A stretch of 64,000 bases of DNA from Lama guanicoe (taxonomy: Eukaryota). The notes beneath the pieces are model-generated. The model was not told the origin of the DNA. It did not search any database and was given only the letters and a program-made list of their open reading frames with translations. Below are positions 48,104-60,559 of this stretch, in pieces. Numbering within the stretch: position 1 is the first letter of the stretch; every line of letters begins with the position of its first letter. The position numbers and the translations under genes were made by a program. The stretch covers positions 1,907,818 to 1,971,817 of the forward strand of contig MU053561.1 of the NCBI GenBank assembly GCA_013239625.1, in the 5' to 3' direction.

Positions 48104-48508
48104 TGTTAAGACAAACAAAGGAGCAAAATTCAACTGAGTAAATTTAAGACAGTTGATTAGCTTTATTGAGCAATTCATGAGTCAGGCAGCATTCTATTTA
48201 ATAAGAAGAGAGGCTCTCCATCTAGAAGCAGAAAAGAAAAGGTTTTAAAAGGCAGAGAAGGAGCTGAAAAAAAGAAATTCTTAGCAAAGAATGCATTGTT
48301 TTAGGCAAGGTCACCCTTGTAAGGAGAATGAAATGAATCTATCAGCAGATTGCCTAGTGCTGACCAGGAAATTCCAGGTTGGCTGATTAAAGGCCACGTT
48401 CCCAGGGAAGGTTGAAACTATTATTAGGTTAGGTATTAAGTGCTGCTTTGCTGTCAGGGAACCTACAAAAAGGGGCTCCATTTTGGACCTACTGTCTCTT
48501 TTTAAATA
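48104..48508 (-). repeat. ERV1 3' LTR
   Basis: Aligns by eye with 54675-55076. Antisense AATAAA at ~48162, adjacent to the PPT. Confidence 0.92.
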
Positions 48509-48988
48509 ATTTCCCCCTTTTGATCAGACTCTTAGCTGAACTGAGAGATGTGATCAAAATTTAAAGCATTATCAGCACTTTTACCTCCTTCTCTGTAGTT
48601 CTTGTAGTTTTTGCCCATCCTTTGTGTGTATTCACACATAATAGCATTTTTTGCTTAATCTCTAGGATATTCACAAGTCACTGCTTCAGGCTCACAATTT
48701 TTAAGTCAGTTAATCTCTTTGTTCCTTTTCTGATATTCCTGTTTTAGGAAGATCTTTTGGTTGGCGGTTGGTATCTATGAACATGCATTTAAAGCTTTTG
48801 AGAGAATACAGTGCATGAGGGAGATTATTATGATTATAATACACAGGATAATTCCTAATGTTTGGAGTATACTTTGGAGCCATGGTTATCAAGACTTAAA
48901 CCAATCAAAATCAAGTCAAAGAAAGACTGGTGAAGCAGTCACCTTTTAAAGCCAAGTGGCTTGCTCAGCGGTCTTATATAATTGAGTT

Positions 48989-49290
48989 TCAACTGCCCCA
49001 GAAGGGTAAAGTGTTAATCCAGGTGCAGCAGGTGTTGGCCACAGCACAGACACCTCCTCGCTCAGCTAAAAGAAAACCAAGGGCTATCCTATCATCAGGA
49101 ACAACTTTGGCCAGAGAGTCTAAGGATTTTTGTTGGACACCTGTTGATTTTGCAGTAGATTCTGCAGTATTTTCAAGCATTTAGGAGAGGTTTCTGGTCA
49201 CAGCTTCATATTTATTCCTAACCAGGAAAGTAGGGTCCTGCCAAAGGAAGTCATCCTGAATCATGAATGCCTCCTGGTAATTTCTGACTT
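48989..49290 (-). pseudogene. Retroviral env TM-subunit remnant
   Basis: SLDSLAKVVPDDRIALGFLLAERGGVCAVANTCCTWIN is a gamma-type immunosuppressive domain with a CX6CC-like motif (here CX5CC). The upstream part, LPGGIHDSG / FGRTLLSWLG / VTRNLS, is broken by frameshifts and a stop. Confidence 0.9.
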
Positions 49291-49514
49291 GACATTGTAA
49301 ATTCAGGGAAGTGAACTAGTGAGGTGTCTCAGTCTGTGGGCGATTAGGGGCACAGTTAGATAACCTAAGAGGTATAAGAGAAAGAGTTTTATGTTAAAGT
49401 ATTAAGTCTCGGTCAGGCATCTTGGGAGGAAGCAGTCTACCATGATATGAGCTACTTCTCTTCCTAGTCAATTTGATTTGGAGGTCTCCAGCATTTTTAC
49501 AGGGTCAGATATGA

Positions 49515-49632
49515 AGTGGAGTCTTCTTAAGCCGTGAATGTGTTCCTAAGGCTTGAGTCCCTGAAATTTTGCTGCCACTGGGTAGTGAGGAGGACCTGGT
49601 GTAGTCTCTTCTAAGGAGATTCAAGAGCAGTC
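49515..49632 (-). pseudogene. Retroviral integrase C-terminal remnant
   Basis: The antisense gives ALESP*KRLHQVLLTT / AAKFQGLKP*EHI, resembling the gamma-type WKGPYQVLLTTPTA..WIH motif. Confidence 0.7.
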
Positions 49633-52600
49633 ATTGTTCTTATTGATTCTAAATCATAAGGGTGGGGGAAGAGCAGAAGCATCAGTTTGGAGAGTCATTA
49701 CTAGGTATTTCAGAAAACTTAGAAGAATTCAGTATCCAACCCAGTTTACAGATACATAACAAAACCTCAAAGACAATTAACAGGACTAGGAGCTAACATC
49801 TACAAAAGTGCAAACATACTTTTCTCCCTATAATGACTTCTATTTTTCCCCTTTTTTCTAAGGATATCATCACAATAAAACGAACTTGTTTGCATTAGGC
49901 TTGGGCTCATTATTTACATAAATGCAGCAAGAATAAAGATTGACCATGTAAGTTCCTTTTAAGACCACTTTGTTGGAACTGTTTATAAGGAACCCCTGAT
50001 TGAACTTCTTAAGAAACTCTCAAGGCCAGGAAGCCAAGCCAGAGTTCAAGCATTTCCTTAAAACTGGTTCTGTCCAAGTCTATGCATCTCTCTCTCTCAA
50101 ATATGACATTCAGTCAAAGCCTTGGTAATAAGCCAGTGTTTCCAATTGTGTTCTTTTACAAGGAGAACAAATTCTCATTGAACTTATGCAAATAACTAAC
50201 TATACTGCCATGAAAAGAATACTTACATCTCCAAATTCTGGAGGGATCAAGTAGGGAGAAAAAGGAAATGTTTCATTCCTCTTTGCAAAGGTATGTTATC
50301 AAAATTATTGTATGTCATAGATAGCATGAGAGAAAAGGTTCCCTTAAAACGAAGAATCAGCAATGTTTCAAACAAAAATAATCATCCTCCTCATTTTATC
50401 TAGTCCCATGTTATTAATTCTTGTTGATCTTTTACTAGCAGTTTTATGAAGCCATCAGGTTTTCCATTAGAGCTCTGTAATTTCTTACCCAATTCAGTTT
50501 TATGATCTAAAGTAATCAGAAACCTGTATTTGTCAAAAGTCTTTTCCACAAATCTTTTTGAGGAGGAAGCACTTTTGCAGGAACATTTTTTGTAAAAGCA
50601 TCTGGGTAAAACAATAACTGTCTATAGATGACAAAATCCTTTTTTTAAATGCCCATTATTAAAGATCTGACGAGAGCTAATTGAAATGGAATTGATAAGG
50701 AAATGTGGTTATTTCTGTGATACATAATATTTTAAGATAATAACTGGAATTATGGCAGGTAATATTATATCAGGACATATCATATTTCCAGGAATGTCAC
50801 ATAATTTCTGAAACACTTATAACACATACCTGTATAAAAACAACATAAAGAAGGCTTTGTATTAGTTCTTATTTGACAATACTTCCTGTGTAATTTAACA
50901 TATCAAATAAGCCTAATTATGTTAATATCTCCATTTTTATAAGGAGAGAGAACAAATCTTTTGAAATATTCCAGGGCCCCCCTACTTTGAGGTCAAAAAG
51001 ACCTCATTTAGAATTTGATTTTGAGGAAGTTTGTTTAAAAAGTATCAAAAAGGTTTGAAAATGCTTGATCAAATAGGATCATAGGTAACTGTGAAGCAAT
51101 ACTAAGTTATCTATTTAATCATAGTGACAATAGAAGATGTTAGAGGCAAATACAGAAAGTTAAATAGTCCTAAGAAAAAAATTTTTTTTAATTGAGAATA
51201 TTTAGCTTTCTGAACACAGGAAATTATTTTGACAAAATGCAGAACTCTTGCTTTCTAGGCAGATTATTTTAAAAGGTTAAAATAAAAGATATCCTTTCAC
51301 AATCTCTCATCAAGAGCAAACTAATAGTCCAATAAAACTTTTCCCCTTTAACAGGGAGAAAACCAAATTCTAGTTTTGCAACAGCTTACTGTTGATATTA
51401 GAATTCACTGACTCAGTTAAGTTTATTCTGATTTTAGCCAGTCCTGACCATGCATAAAAATTGTTTCCAAATATTCCTTTTTCTGTAAACCTTAAATAAT
51501 TTACTTTTTTACATTCAGATTTTGTCCTATGTTTTCTTCTCTTTCTCAGCCACTCTTGAGGACAAAATTACTTTCTTTTCCCTCAACAAAGAATGCATCT
51601 CCATTCCTCATACCTTGTTTTACTGAAAATATACATCCTACTATCCTTGCATATAGAGATATTTCCTTTATTATTTCTAGTTTTTTTTAATGATATATAT
51701 TAGAATTTTTTAAATAAAGCCTTTAATTTCTAATGAAAGTTAAGAAGTAAGCATCTGTGAACTGTCCTTTGTATTAGCATTCTGTGGCTTAACAAATTTA
51801 TAAATACTTTCATAATTTCTAGAAACATATGACTTTTATAGAAAATTTCTCAGTATTGTATAGACATATTTATTAATACACCCAAATATTTTTAATTCCT
51901 CTGCAAAAGGAAGCCAAAACTAGATAAACCTATGTTCAGTAATTAATGTTTCAGTATTTTATATTACTTATAAAAAATCTATCTATTCAGTGAACTTCTA
52001 TGTCTTAATTTAACTTAGCGAAATTCTTAACAGTGGAAGTCACCAAAGAGATTTGGGTGACTATTTTTAAGTAGGGATACCATAAAATAATCGTTGTTTT
52101 TAAAAAATTACCTAAAAACCTTTATCCTGATTGTGTCTGATTTATTTGTTTCAACAATTATGTTTAGAATACTTATGAAAATTTTATCATACCAAGGTAC
52201 TTTTCTTGCTGACAAATTTTGTGACATGAACTTATTTGATTGATAAAGCCAAGTAGTATAAAGGTCGTATGTTTGCATTATATTCAATGTTGGTAACTCT
52301 AAAAAATCCCTGTTTTAATTAAACCAACAACTTTAAACTAGCTTTAACTTACTAAAGATAAATCCTAGATTATGTGAACTGGAAAAGCATTTAGGTTAGT
52401 TTCTATTACATTTTAATTCATATAAGCACTTGTTCATTTTTAAACCAATTAGATAAAGCTTTTGAATATTTATATCTCAAAGGCACAGAGAAAGAATGCA
52501 AGTTCCTGAAAAAAGGACTTTGGTTTCCCAAAGCCAACATTTATAAGCCTTTTGAAATACAAAAGGAGAGGTTTGGGAGTTGGTAAAAGGAATAGGTAAA

Positions 52601-53604
52601 TTTTGACCTGTGTCTGGAGCTGCATTTCTGGTTTTGCAAAAATCTGTAAGATAAGGACAGTTGGTTTTAATGCCTCAAAGAATTGGGTTGTAACTTAAAT
52701 GACATCATAGGTTGATCCACCCATAAATCACTTTACAAGAGCTTTAGAAAGTTTTCTTTCCCTCTGAGTACATTTAGTTTAGGAGAGGAGGCCTAAATTT
52801 TTTTTCTATCTGAATATCAGCTTCCAAGTTGGTCATATTTCTGATCATAGAATTATTAAATGCTCTTAAATATCTTGTCAGGTTTCAGCTGGGACAAATA
52901 GCAAATATTTCTGGCAGTGTTGAACAACCTCTTGGATTCAAGAGGTGTCCCCAAGGAGGGCGCAAATGTTAGTACCTTCACAAAATCCAGAGTCACTCCC
53001 AAAGATAGTCAAAAGAAAGAACTGACAGTCTACACGCCCCAGGTGGGCAGGATGCCAAGCCAAGCTCATTAGGACACAAAATGAGACAAGCAAGAAGGCA
53101 ATAGCTATCCCGGGGAGAGAAAAGGATCAGTAACTAACGGGTCTGGATTTGGAAAGGAAGGGACAATGTGAAATTTTGTTTTCCTCTCTTGACTGGGTAT
53201 TAGAGACAGAGATTTCGGAGGGCTGACTCTGGTAAGAATTCTCAACCTCCGCTAGTTTCTGCCAGCTATCCCAGGAGCCCATCTGCAAGCTCGGAGTTAA
53301 AGTGGAGAGCGCAGCTCTGATATTTACCAGAATTTGGCAAAGTTTTTTAAAAAAATATTTTAATTGTAGTTTCCCCTTGGCTGTGCTAGGGATTAACATA
53401 CCAGTTAGTTTACCTAAAAATTCCTCAGAGTCCTGTCAATTCTGGGGGATGGGGCCCACATGGAGGCCCTCCCTTGAAGATAGACAAGTGGGCGTCTGTA
53501 AGGCCGTTAACTTGGTGGGCTTTTGTTTATAATCTGTATCGTAAATTTTTCATTAGACTTTTGCAATGACTTTTCAAATGAAGCTATTTTGGAATTTTGA
53601 AGAC

Positions 53605-53840
53605 TTTTGGAAGCTTCTGTGTACCAGTAAAATATGTATCCCATTCTGCTTGTTTAATTTGGGAATTCTTTCTTTTAAATTCACTTCTTAAATGATCTTA
53701 CCTAATTGGAATGTTTCCTCTAATGGCCATTGTAATTCTAGGTTGTTTTTAATAAGATTTTTCTGTTTTTGTAGGTATTTATAGCTTCCAGGACCCACAG
53801 TTCCTAGACATAAAAAAAGCAGGTGTGCTGGAAGGTGGTG
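53605..53840 (-). pseudogene. Retroviral gag matrix remnant
   Basis: The antisense gives NLIKNNLELQWPLEETFQLG (WPxxGTF-like MA motif) and KQAEWD, at the expected position downstream of the leader. Confidence 0.6.
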
Positions 53841-54652
53841 CACTTAACTCTTCAGAATTTAATGATTTCATTAGCTAAGCCTCTGGATTCTTGGAGCTTA
53901 ACTAATACCTAAAATACTTAAAAGGATGTGCCACTGGCTTGGGGACTATATGATGTTCAACAGTGTACCTCATTACACAGAAAGTTTTCTTGAGATTGGC
54001 AGGAGACCTAGTGTCAATCCAACCCATTCTGTGACCAATTTATCCTAACATAGGAGCCTTGGGTTAGGTAGTGAGCAGTCTATCAGTTCTTAAATGCCTG
54101 ATTAGTGCCCAGCAATTTTTGTGCCCTTCCTTCCTTCATTCCTTCCCATAGTCCCACTAGCAATTAGCCTTTATCTACCAAAAACAAGACAAAACAAACG
54201 TGCATCTTAATACATTGGTAGTAACAAAGAGATATTACTGTATCAACCAAGAAAAGGCTCTGTGTGCACCACCACTTCCTGCAGAATTTTGGACTAGGGA
54301 AAGGATTGAACCAGCAGACTTCAACAAATGGGGACTGTAGATTTAGAGGGGCTTCATATGGATGGGGACGTGTACACTACCTCTAAAAGTTCCCATGTGG
54401 ATCTTTGAACAGAATCAAGGGCTAGAGGCTTAGCTCCAGGTAGAACCATCTTCCAACTCAAGCTGACCTTTCCTCTATTGAAAAGCCAGTTGTATAGGGA
54501 GCTTGTTGCAAAGAGATCAGAGCTCAGAACTGAGACGAATTTACCCACAGCCCTCAAAAACAGTGAGAAAGACTGAACTCAAAAAAAAAGGTTCGCAAGT
54601 ACCACACCAATGTTTCTCATTGTCCCTGAATGTTGTCAAAAGTTCACTTTGG

Positions 54653-54670
54653 ATCCCACTGCTGCCACCA
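54653..54670 (-). other. Primer-binding site complementary to tRNA-Leu
   Basis: The + strand reads ATCCCACTGCTGCCACCA versus the recalled mammalian tRNA-Leu(AAG) 3' end ATCCCACCGCTGCCACCA (17/18; the difference is a CpG decay). It lies 4 nt inside the 5' LTR. Confidence 0.8.
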
Positions 54671-54674
54671 AATC

Positions 54675-55076
54675 TGTTTAAAAAAATGAAATTCAGTTGA
54701 GTAAATTTAAAAGATCTGATTGACTTTATTGAGCAATTCATGAATCAGGAGGCATTCCGTCTAGCAATCAGAGAGGATCCTGCTCCATCAAGATGCAGGA
54801 AAGAAAAGGTTTTTAAAGGCAGAGAAGGAGCTGAAAGAAGGAAATTCTTAGCAAAGAGTGCATTGTTTTAGGCAAGGTCACCCTCCTAACGAGAGTGAAA
54901 GGAGTCTATCAGCTGATTTCCTAGTGCTGACCAGGAAATTCCTGGTTGGCTTGATTAATGGTCACATTCCTGGGAAAGGTTAAAACTGTAATAAGGTTAG
55001 GTATTAAGTGTTGGCTTGTTGATGTGAGGTCTCATAATAGTGCTTCTATTTTGGTCCTGTTGTCTCTTTTTTAACA
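54675..55076 (-). repeat. ERV1 5' LTR
   Basis: TG...CA ends (TGTTTAAA...TTAACA). Homologous to 48104-48508. Confidence 0.92.
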
Positions 55077-55184
55077 GCTCCTTCTGGTAGCCTTTCTTAC
55101 TTCAGATTGGTAAATACTATTAACAGGGTAACAATTTTCTTCTAAATTGTTATGTTTTTATTGATTTGCAGGTCTGTTTCTGCC

Positions 55185-55186
55185 AT

Positions 55187-55217
<31 letters not shown>

Positions 55218-55218
55218 T
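55185..55218. repeat. (ATTT)n microsatellite
   Basis: Directly visible. Confidence 0.9.
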
Positions 55219-55919
55219 TGCTTCTATCTATTTAAATTAGCAAATAACTGATAAGAACTTCTTAAGTTGTTATTCCTTAGGATGTATTCATTTTACTAGT
55301 TTATCCTTGTTAGGGGGAAATAACTACTTCCCCACTCCTCAAGTTTTAATGCAGAAGAATTTCCTTAGGATAACACTGCTGACCTCCCCTCAGCTGGAGA
55401 AGTGACTTATCTAGATGAGTTTAAGAAATGGTTCCATGGGTAATTCTACCTCTTCTAAGATCCCTCTCTAGATCTGCAGGCTGGCAAAAGGGTACATTCT
55501 AATGCTCTCTCCTTACATGCAAGCACGGGTCCTGTCCCTGAGAGAAAAGGCCCCTTGTTTCAGTGACCAGGTGCATGAATCTGTTCAATTCAGAGAAATA
55601 AAGGGGTGTACCTGAAGAAAGATGGGCTACTGTATATAACTCCTTATACTGACTACATGGAATGTGCCAGCAAGCACACACTGCCAGATGGATAGATGTT
55701 TAAGAGCACCAATTGCTTCTCAGTCCCTGAAGCACCAAAGACACTCATTAGCATTCAAGTTGCACTGAGAACTCTACTGTTTTTTCCACATCATTTAACT
55801 TTTGTTAAACAATGGCAGAGTACCTTGACCTGAACAGAGATCAACTTATGTTAAGTAAATAAATAAATAATTTCATTATTATTTGACTTTTTCCTATATG
55901 CATCTTGTCTCCTTTATGA

Positions 55920-58900
55920 CAAGGAGAACAGTTCCAATTTACATGCATAGCTCCTCTTCCAAGGTGGCACATCTCATGCCAAGAGAGACCCCCCTCAGAC
56001 TGCCATGTCTCCCACAGGGAAAGTGAGAAAATAGTGAGTGAGCACCTGACTCCCCCAACATGTGGGTGCTGCCCAAGAACCCACTTTTTTCTCACTTCAC
56101 CCAGCTTACTAAGGTGGTCAGCATAGCTGAGTGGTAGGGAGTGGCTGGGAGAAGGGAAGACAGGCCACAATTCCCATGAATTGCTCTGCACACTCCATCA
56201 GGAAGCCCACCCATAAGTTGTTTGGGGTACCTTGCCTACAAACCCCCCAGCTGGCCCATGGACATCCCAAATGCTCCATATGTCTGATCCTCTCTCTTCC
56301 CAAGGCTCACTCCTCAAATGTACCCCTGCAGACAGCAAGTGCAAGTATCTCATGCAGACAGCTGACTCAACTTTGGGCCTGGGAAAAGGCATACAGACCA
56401 GAACATTTCAGGGCACTGCCCCAGAGAAAACAGAATCTCTCAGCACTCAACCTGGCTTTGCAAAATTGAAAAAAGGCAGGCCATCTTAAGAATACCACCC
56501 CCTCCCAAGAGGAAACAAGAGTATAGAGCAGACACATCCATAGAAAAGGTCTGAGAGATCCTCAGAATCCTTAGCTGAGCTGACTGGTGAAGCCATTTCT
56601 CTCCTGAAGCCACTCAGCAGAGACTGGAGGAGGTAACTGATTCTTCAAATAAGAAGACAGCAACATAAGACTTCAAGGAACAACAGCAAGAACAAAAAAT
56701 ATCAAGGAAACATAACACCATCAAAGGAACATAATAACACTGTAGTAAGTGATGCCATAGAAATGGAGATCTACAAATTGTCTGGCAAAGAACTAAAAAT
56801 AATTGTTTTAAGGAATCTCTGCAAACTACAAGAGGACACAGACAACTCAACAAAATCAGAAAAACAACACATGAGCAGAAGAAGCAGCTCAATAAAGAGA
56901 TAGAAATAATTTTAAAAGTTCTGGAGCTGAAGAATGCAATGAATTAAATGAAAAATGCAATATAGAACGTTAACAGATTTGATCAAGCAAAAGAAAATAT
57001 CTGTGAAATTGAACAGTTCATTTGAAATTACACAGAAGAGAAAAAAGAATAAAAAAGAGTGAAGAAACCTGAGGAGATTTAAGGCACACCATCAAGAGGG
57101 CTAACATTCTTATTAAGAGAGGAAGAGAGAGAGAAAATTAGGTAGAATGCTTAAAGAAATGATGGCTGGAAACCTCCAAATCTGGGGAGAGATATGTACA
57201 TCCAGGTACATGTTCTAGAAGCTCAGAGGTCCCCAAATAGTTTCAAGTCAAGGAAGACTTAACATAGCCACAGTATAATCAAGAAATTCTAGAGGGAATT
57301 CTTTAAGCTGAAACAAAAAAACACTAATTAGCAAAATGACAACATATGAACATATAAAATTCACTGATAAAGGTAAGCACATAGTCAAAATCAGAATACT
57401 CTAATACTGTAATAGGAGTATGTAAATCACTTACAACTCCACTATAAAGGTTAAAAGACAAAAGTATTTTTAAAAACTATATCTATAATAATTTGTTAAT
57501 GAATATGCAATATAAAAGATGTAAATTGGATATCAAAAACAAAATGTAGGAGGGAGATTAAAAGTGTAGAGTTTTTGCATACAGTCAGAGTGAAGCTGTT
57601 ATCAGCTTAAAAAGATTGTTATAACTATGAGACTTTTATGTAAGAATCATGGTAACCACAGAGCAAAAACATATAGTAGATACACAAAAGATAAAGATAA
57701 AGGAATCAAACCATATCACTATAGAAAATTACTAAAGCATAAAGAAAGACAGTAAGAGAGGAAAAAAAATACAGGATCTATAAAACACCCAGAAAATAAT
57801 TAACAAAATGGCAATAGTAAGCCCTTACATATGATAATTACTTTAAATATAAATGAATTAAATTTTCCAATCAAAAGACATGGTGTGGCTAAAAAAGTCA
57901 CTAACAGAATCAGTGTTACCTTGCTACTAAAGCCAGACAAAGTACTACAAGAAAACAAAATTATAAGTCAATATTTCTAATAAACATAGATGCAAAAATT
58001 CTCAACCAAATAGTAGCAAATTGAGTTAAATAGCACACTAAAAGGTTCATACACCATGATAAAGTAGAATTTATGGGCTGTAAGGATAGTTTAACATAAA
58101 CAAATCAATAAATGTGATATACCACACTAGCAGAATGAAAGATAAAAATCATCTTATCATCTCAATAGATGTAGAAAAAGCATTTGACAAAATTAAACAT
58201 TCTTTCTTGATAAAAACTCTCAACAAGTTAGGTATGGAAGGAAGGGACCTCAACATAATAAAGGCCATATATGACAAACCCACAGCTAGCATCACACTTA
58301 AGCTGAAAGTGTTTCCTCTAAGATCAAGAACAAGACTTTCAGTACTCTGCTAAATAGAAGTGGCAAGAAAGTCCTTGCCAGAGCAATTAGGCAAGAAAAA
58401 GAAATAAAAGGCATACAAATGGGAAAGGAAGAAGTAAATTTATCTCTGTTTGCAAATGACACATATTATTATAGAAAACTCTAAATAATCCACCAAAAAA
58501 TTTAGAATAAATGAATTCAGTAAAGTTGTAGGTTACAAAATCAACATACAAAAATCATTTTCATTGCTATACAGTAACAGCAAACTGTACAGAAAAAGAA
58601 TTTAAGAAAACAAACCAATTTATAATCACATCAAAAAGAATAAAATACTCAGGGATAAATTTAACCAAGGAAGTGAAAGATCTGAAAACTGAAATCTGTA
58701 AAATATTAATGAAAGAAATTGAAGGCAATACAAATAAATGGACTGGAAGAATAAATATTGTCAAAATGTCCATACTACCCAAAGCAATCTATAGATTCAG
58801 TGCAATCTCTGTGAAAATTCCAATGGCATTTTCAATGGAAAAAACATCCTAAAATTCGTATGGAACCACAAAAGACTCTAAGTAGCTAAAGCAAGTTTGA

Positions 58901-60390
58901 GCAAGAAGAACAAAGGCGGAAGCATCATACTACCTGATTTCAAATTATATTACAAAACTATAGTAATCAAAGCAGTATAGTATTGGTATAAAAACAACCA
59001 ATTCACATATTAAAAAAGAAAATCTGATCTTTATCTTATATGATATACAAAAATCAAGTCAAGATGGATTAAGTTCTTAAACATAAGACCTGAAAATGTG
59101 AAATTCCTAGGAAAAAAATAGGGGAAAAGTTTTATGATGTTGGCCTTGATAATAATTTTTGGACTTGACACAAAAAGCACAGGCAATAAAAGCAGAATGA
59201 ACAAGTGGGACAACATCAAACTAAAATGTTTCTGCACAGCAAAGGAAATAGTCAACAAGATGAAAAGGCAGCCTATGGAATGGGAGAAAATATTTTGAAA
59301 CCATGTATTTGATAAGGACTTAATATACAAATTACATAAAAAACTCAAGTCAATATTTTAAAAAAACTACCCAACTGAAAAATGGGCAGAGGTCCTAGGT
59401 AGACATTTTCCCAAAAATATATACAAATAGCCATCTGGTATATGAAAATATGCTCAACAACCCTAATTGTCACAGAAATGCAAATCAAACCACAATGAGA
59501 TATCACTTCATACCTGTTAGGGTGGCTATTACCAAGAAAGTAAAAAAATAACAAATATTGGTAAGGATGTGAAGAAAAGGAAACCTTTATACACTGTTGG
59601 TGGGAATGTAAATTGGTACAGCCATTATTAAAAAAACCAGAATGACAGTCCCTCCAAAAATTAAAAATAGAAGTACCATGTGATCCAGCATTCCCACTTT
59701 TGGGCATATAGCCAAAGAACTAAAATCACCACCCCAAAGAGAAATCTGCACTCCCATGTTCATTGCAGCATTAGTCACACAAGCCAGGATATGGGAACAC
59801 CTAAATGGTCACCAGTGTATGAACAGATAATGAAAAATGGGTTTATATATACAAAGAAATGTTATTCAGCCTTAAAAAAGAAGGAAATCCTACCATTTGC
59901 AACAACATGACAACAACCCAGAGGACATTCACCTAGCTATGTAGAATAAGCCAAACACAGAAAAACAAATATTGCATGATCTCCCTTCTATGTGGAATAT
60001 AAAGATTCAAATTCATAGAAACAGGAACTGGTACGAGGGAATAGAGTGCAGGGGAAATAAGATGTTAGTCTAAGAGTGCAAGCCTTCAGTTATAAGATGA
60101 GTACGTTCTGAAGATCTAGTATACACCATGGTGATTTTAGTTAAGAATAATATATTGCACACCTGAAGTTTGCTGAAAGGGTAGATCTGAAGTATTCTCA
60201 CCACAGGCAGACACACAAAAATATAACTGAGGGAATGGAACTATTAATTAGCTTGATTGTGAGACTTATTTCACATACGTATATTACATATATTAAAACA
60301 TCACATTAGGCACCTTAAATACATACAATTTTTATTTGTCAATTATACCTCAGTTAAGCTGTCAGGGGCAGATAAATACATAAATAAAAA
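55920..60390 (+). mobile_element. L1 (L1MA8-10-like): 5' UTR, ORF1 remnant, inter-ORF, internally deleted ORF2, 3' UTR
   Basis: ORF1-like 56650-57280. ORF2 start MAIVSPY...ITLNIN at ~57808, then a jump to RT ([22 protein letters not shown] in ORF 58114..58353). C-terminal KKKEILPFATT. 3' UTR GTTCTGAAGATCTAGTATAC...TCAATTATACCTC. The 5' boundary is uncertain. Confidence 0.92.
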
Positions 60391-60559
60391 CAAGAGATGA
60401 ACTGAAATGAACCAAAGTGGCAAGCTAACACCCCCACCCAAACTGATTCCTAATCAGATAGAAGAGATGAGCCCTATGTCCTAACTGACAGGAAAGGGCA
60501 AGCTCTTTCTAGGGGTAAATATTTTTCACTCTACTCTGTACTGTTCTCGTCTATATAGC

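Larger units (their letters stand above)
48104..55076 (-). mobile_element. Class I (ERV1, MER4-group-like) non-autonomous provirus with both LTRs
   Basis: Direct ~400-bp LTRs at 54675-55076 (5') and 48104-48508 (3'). PBS at 54653-54670, PPT AAAAGGGGGAA at 48511-48521. gag, IN and env remnants occur in the correct order around ~4 kb of AT-rich non-coding DNA. Confidence 0.93.
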
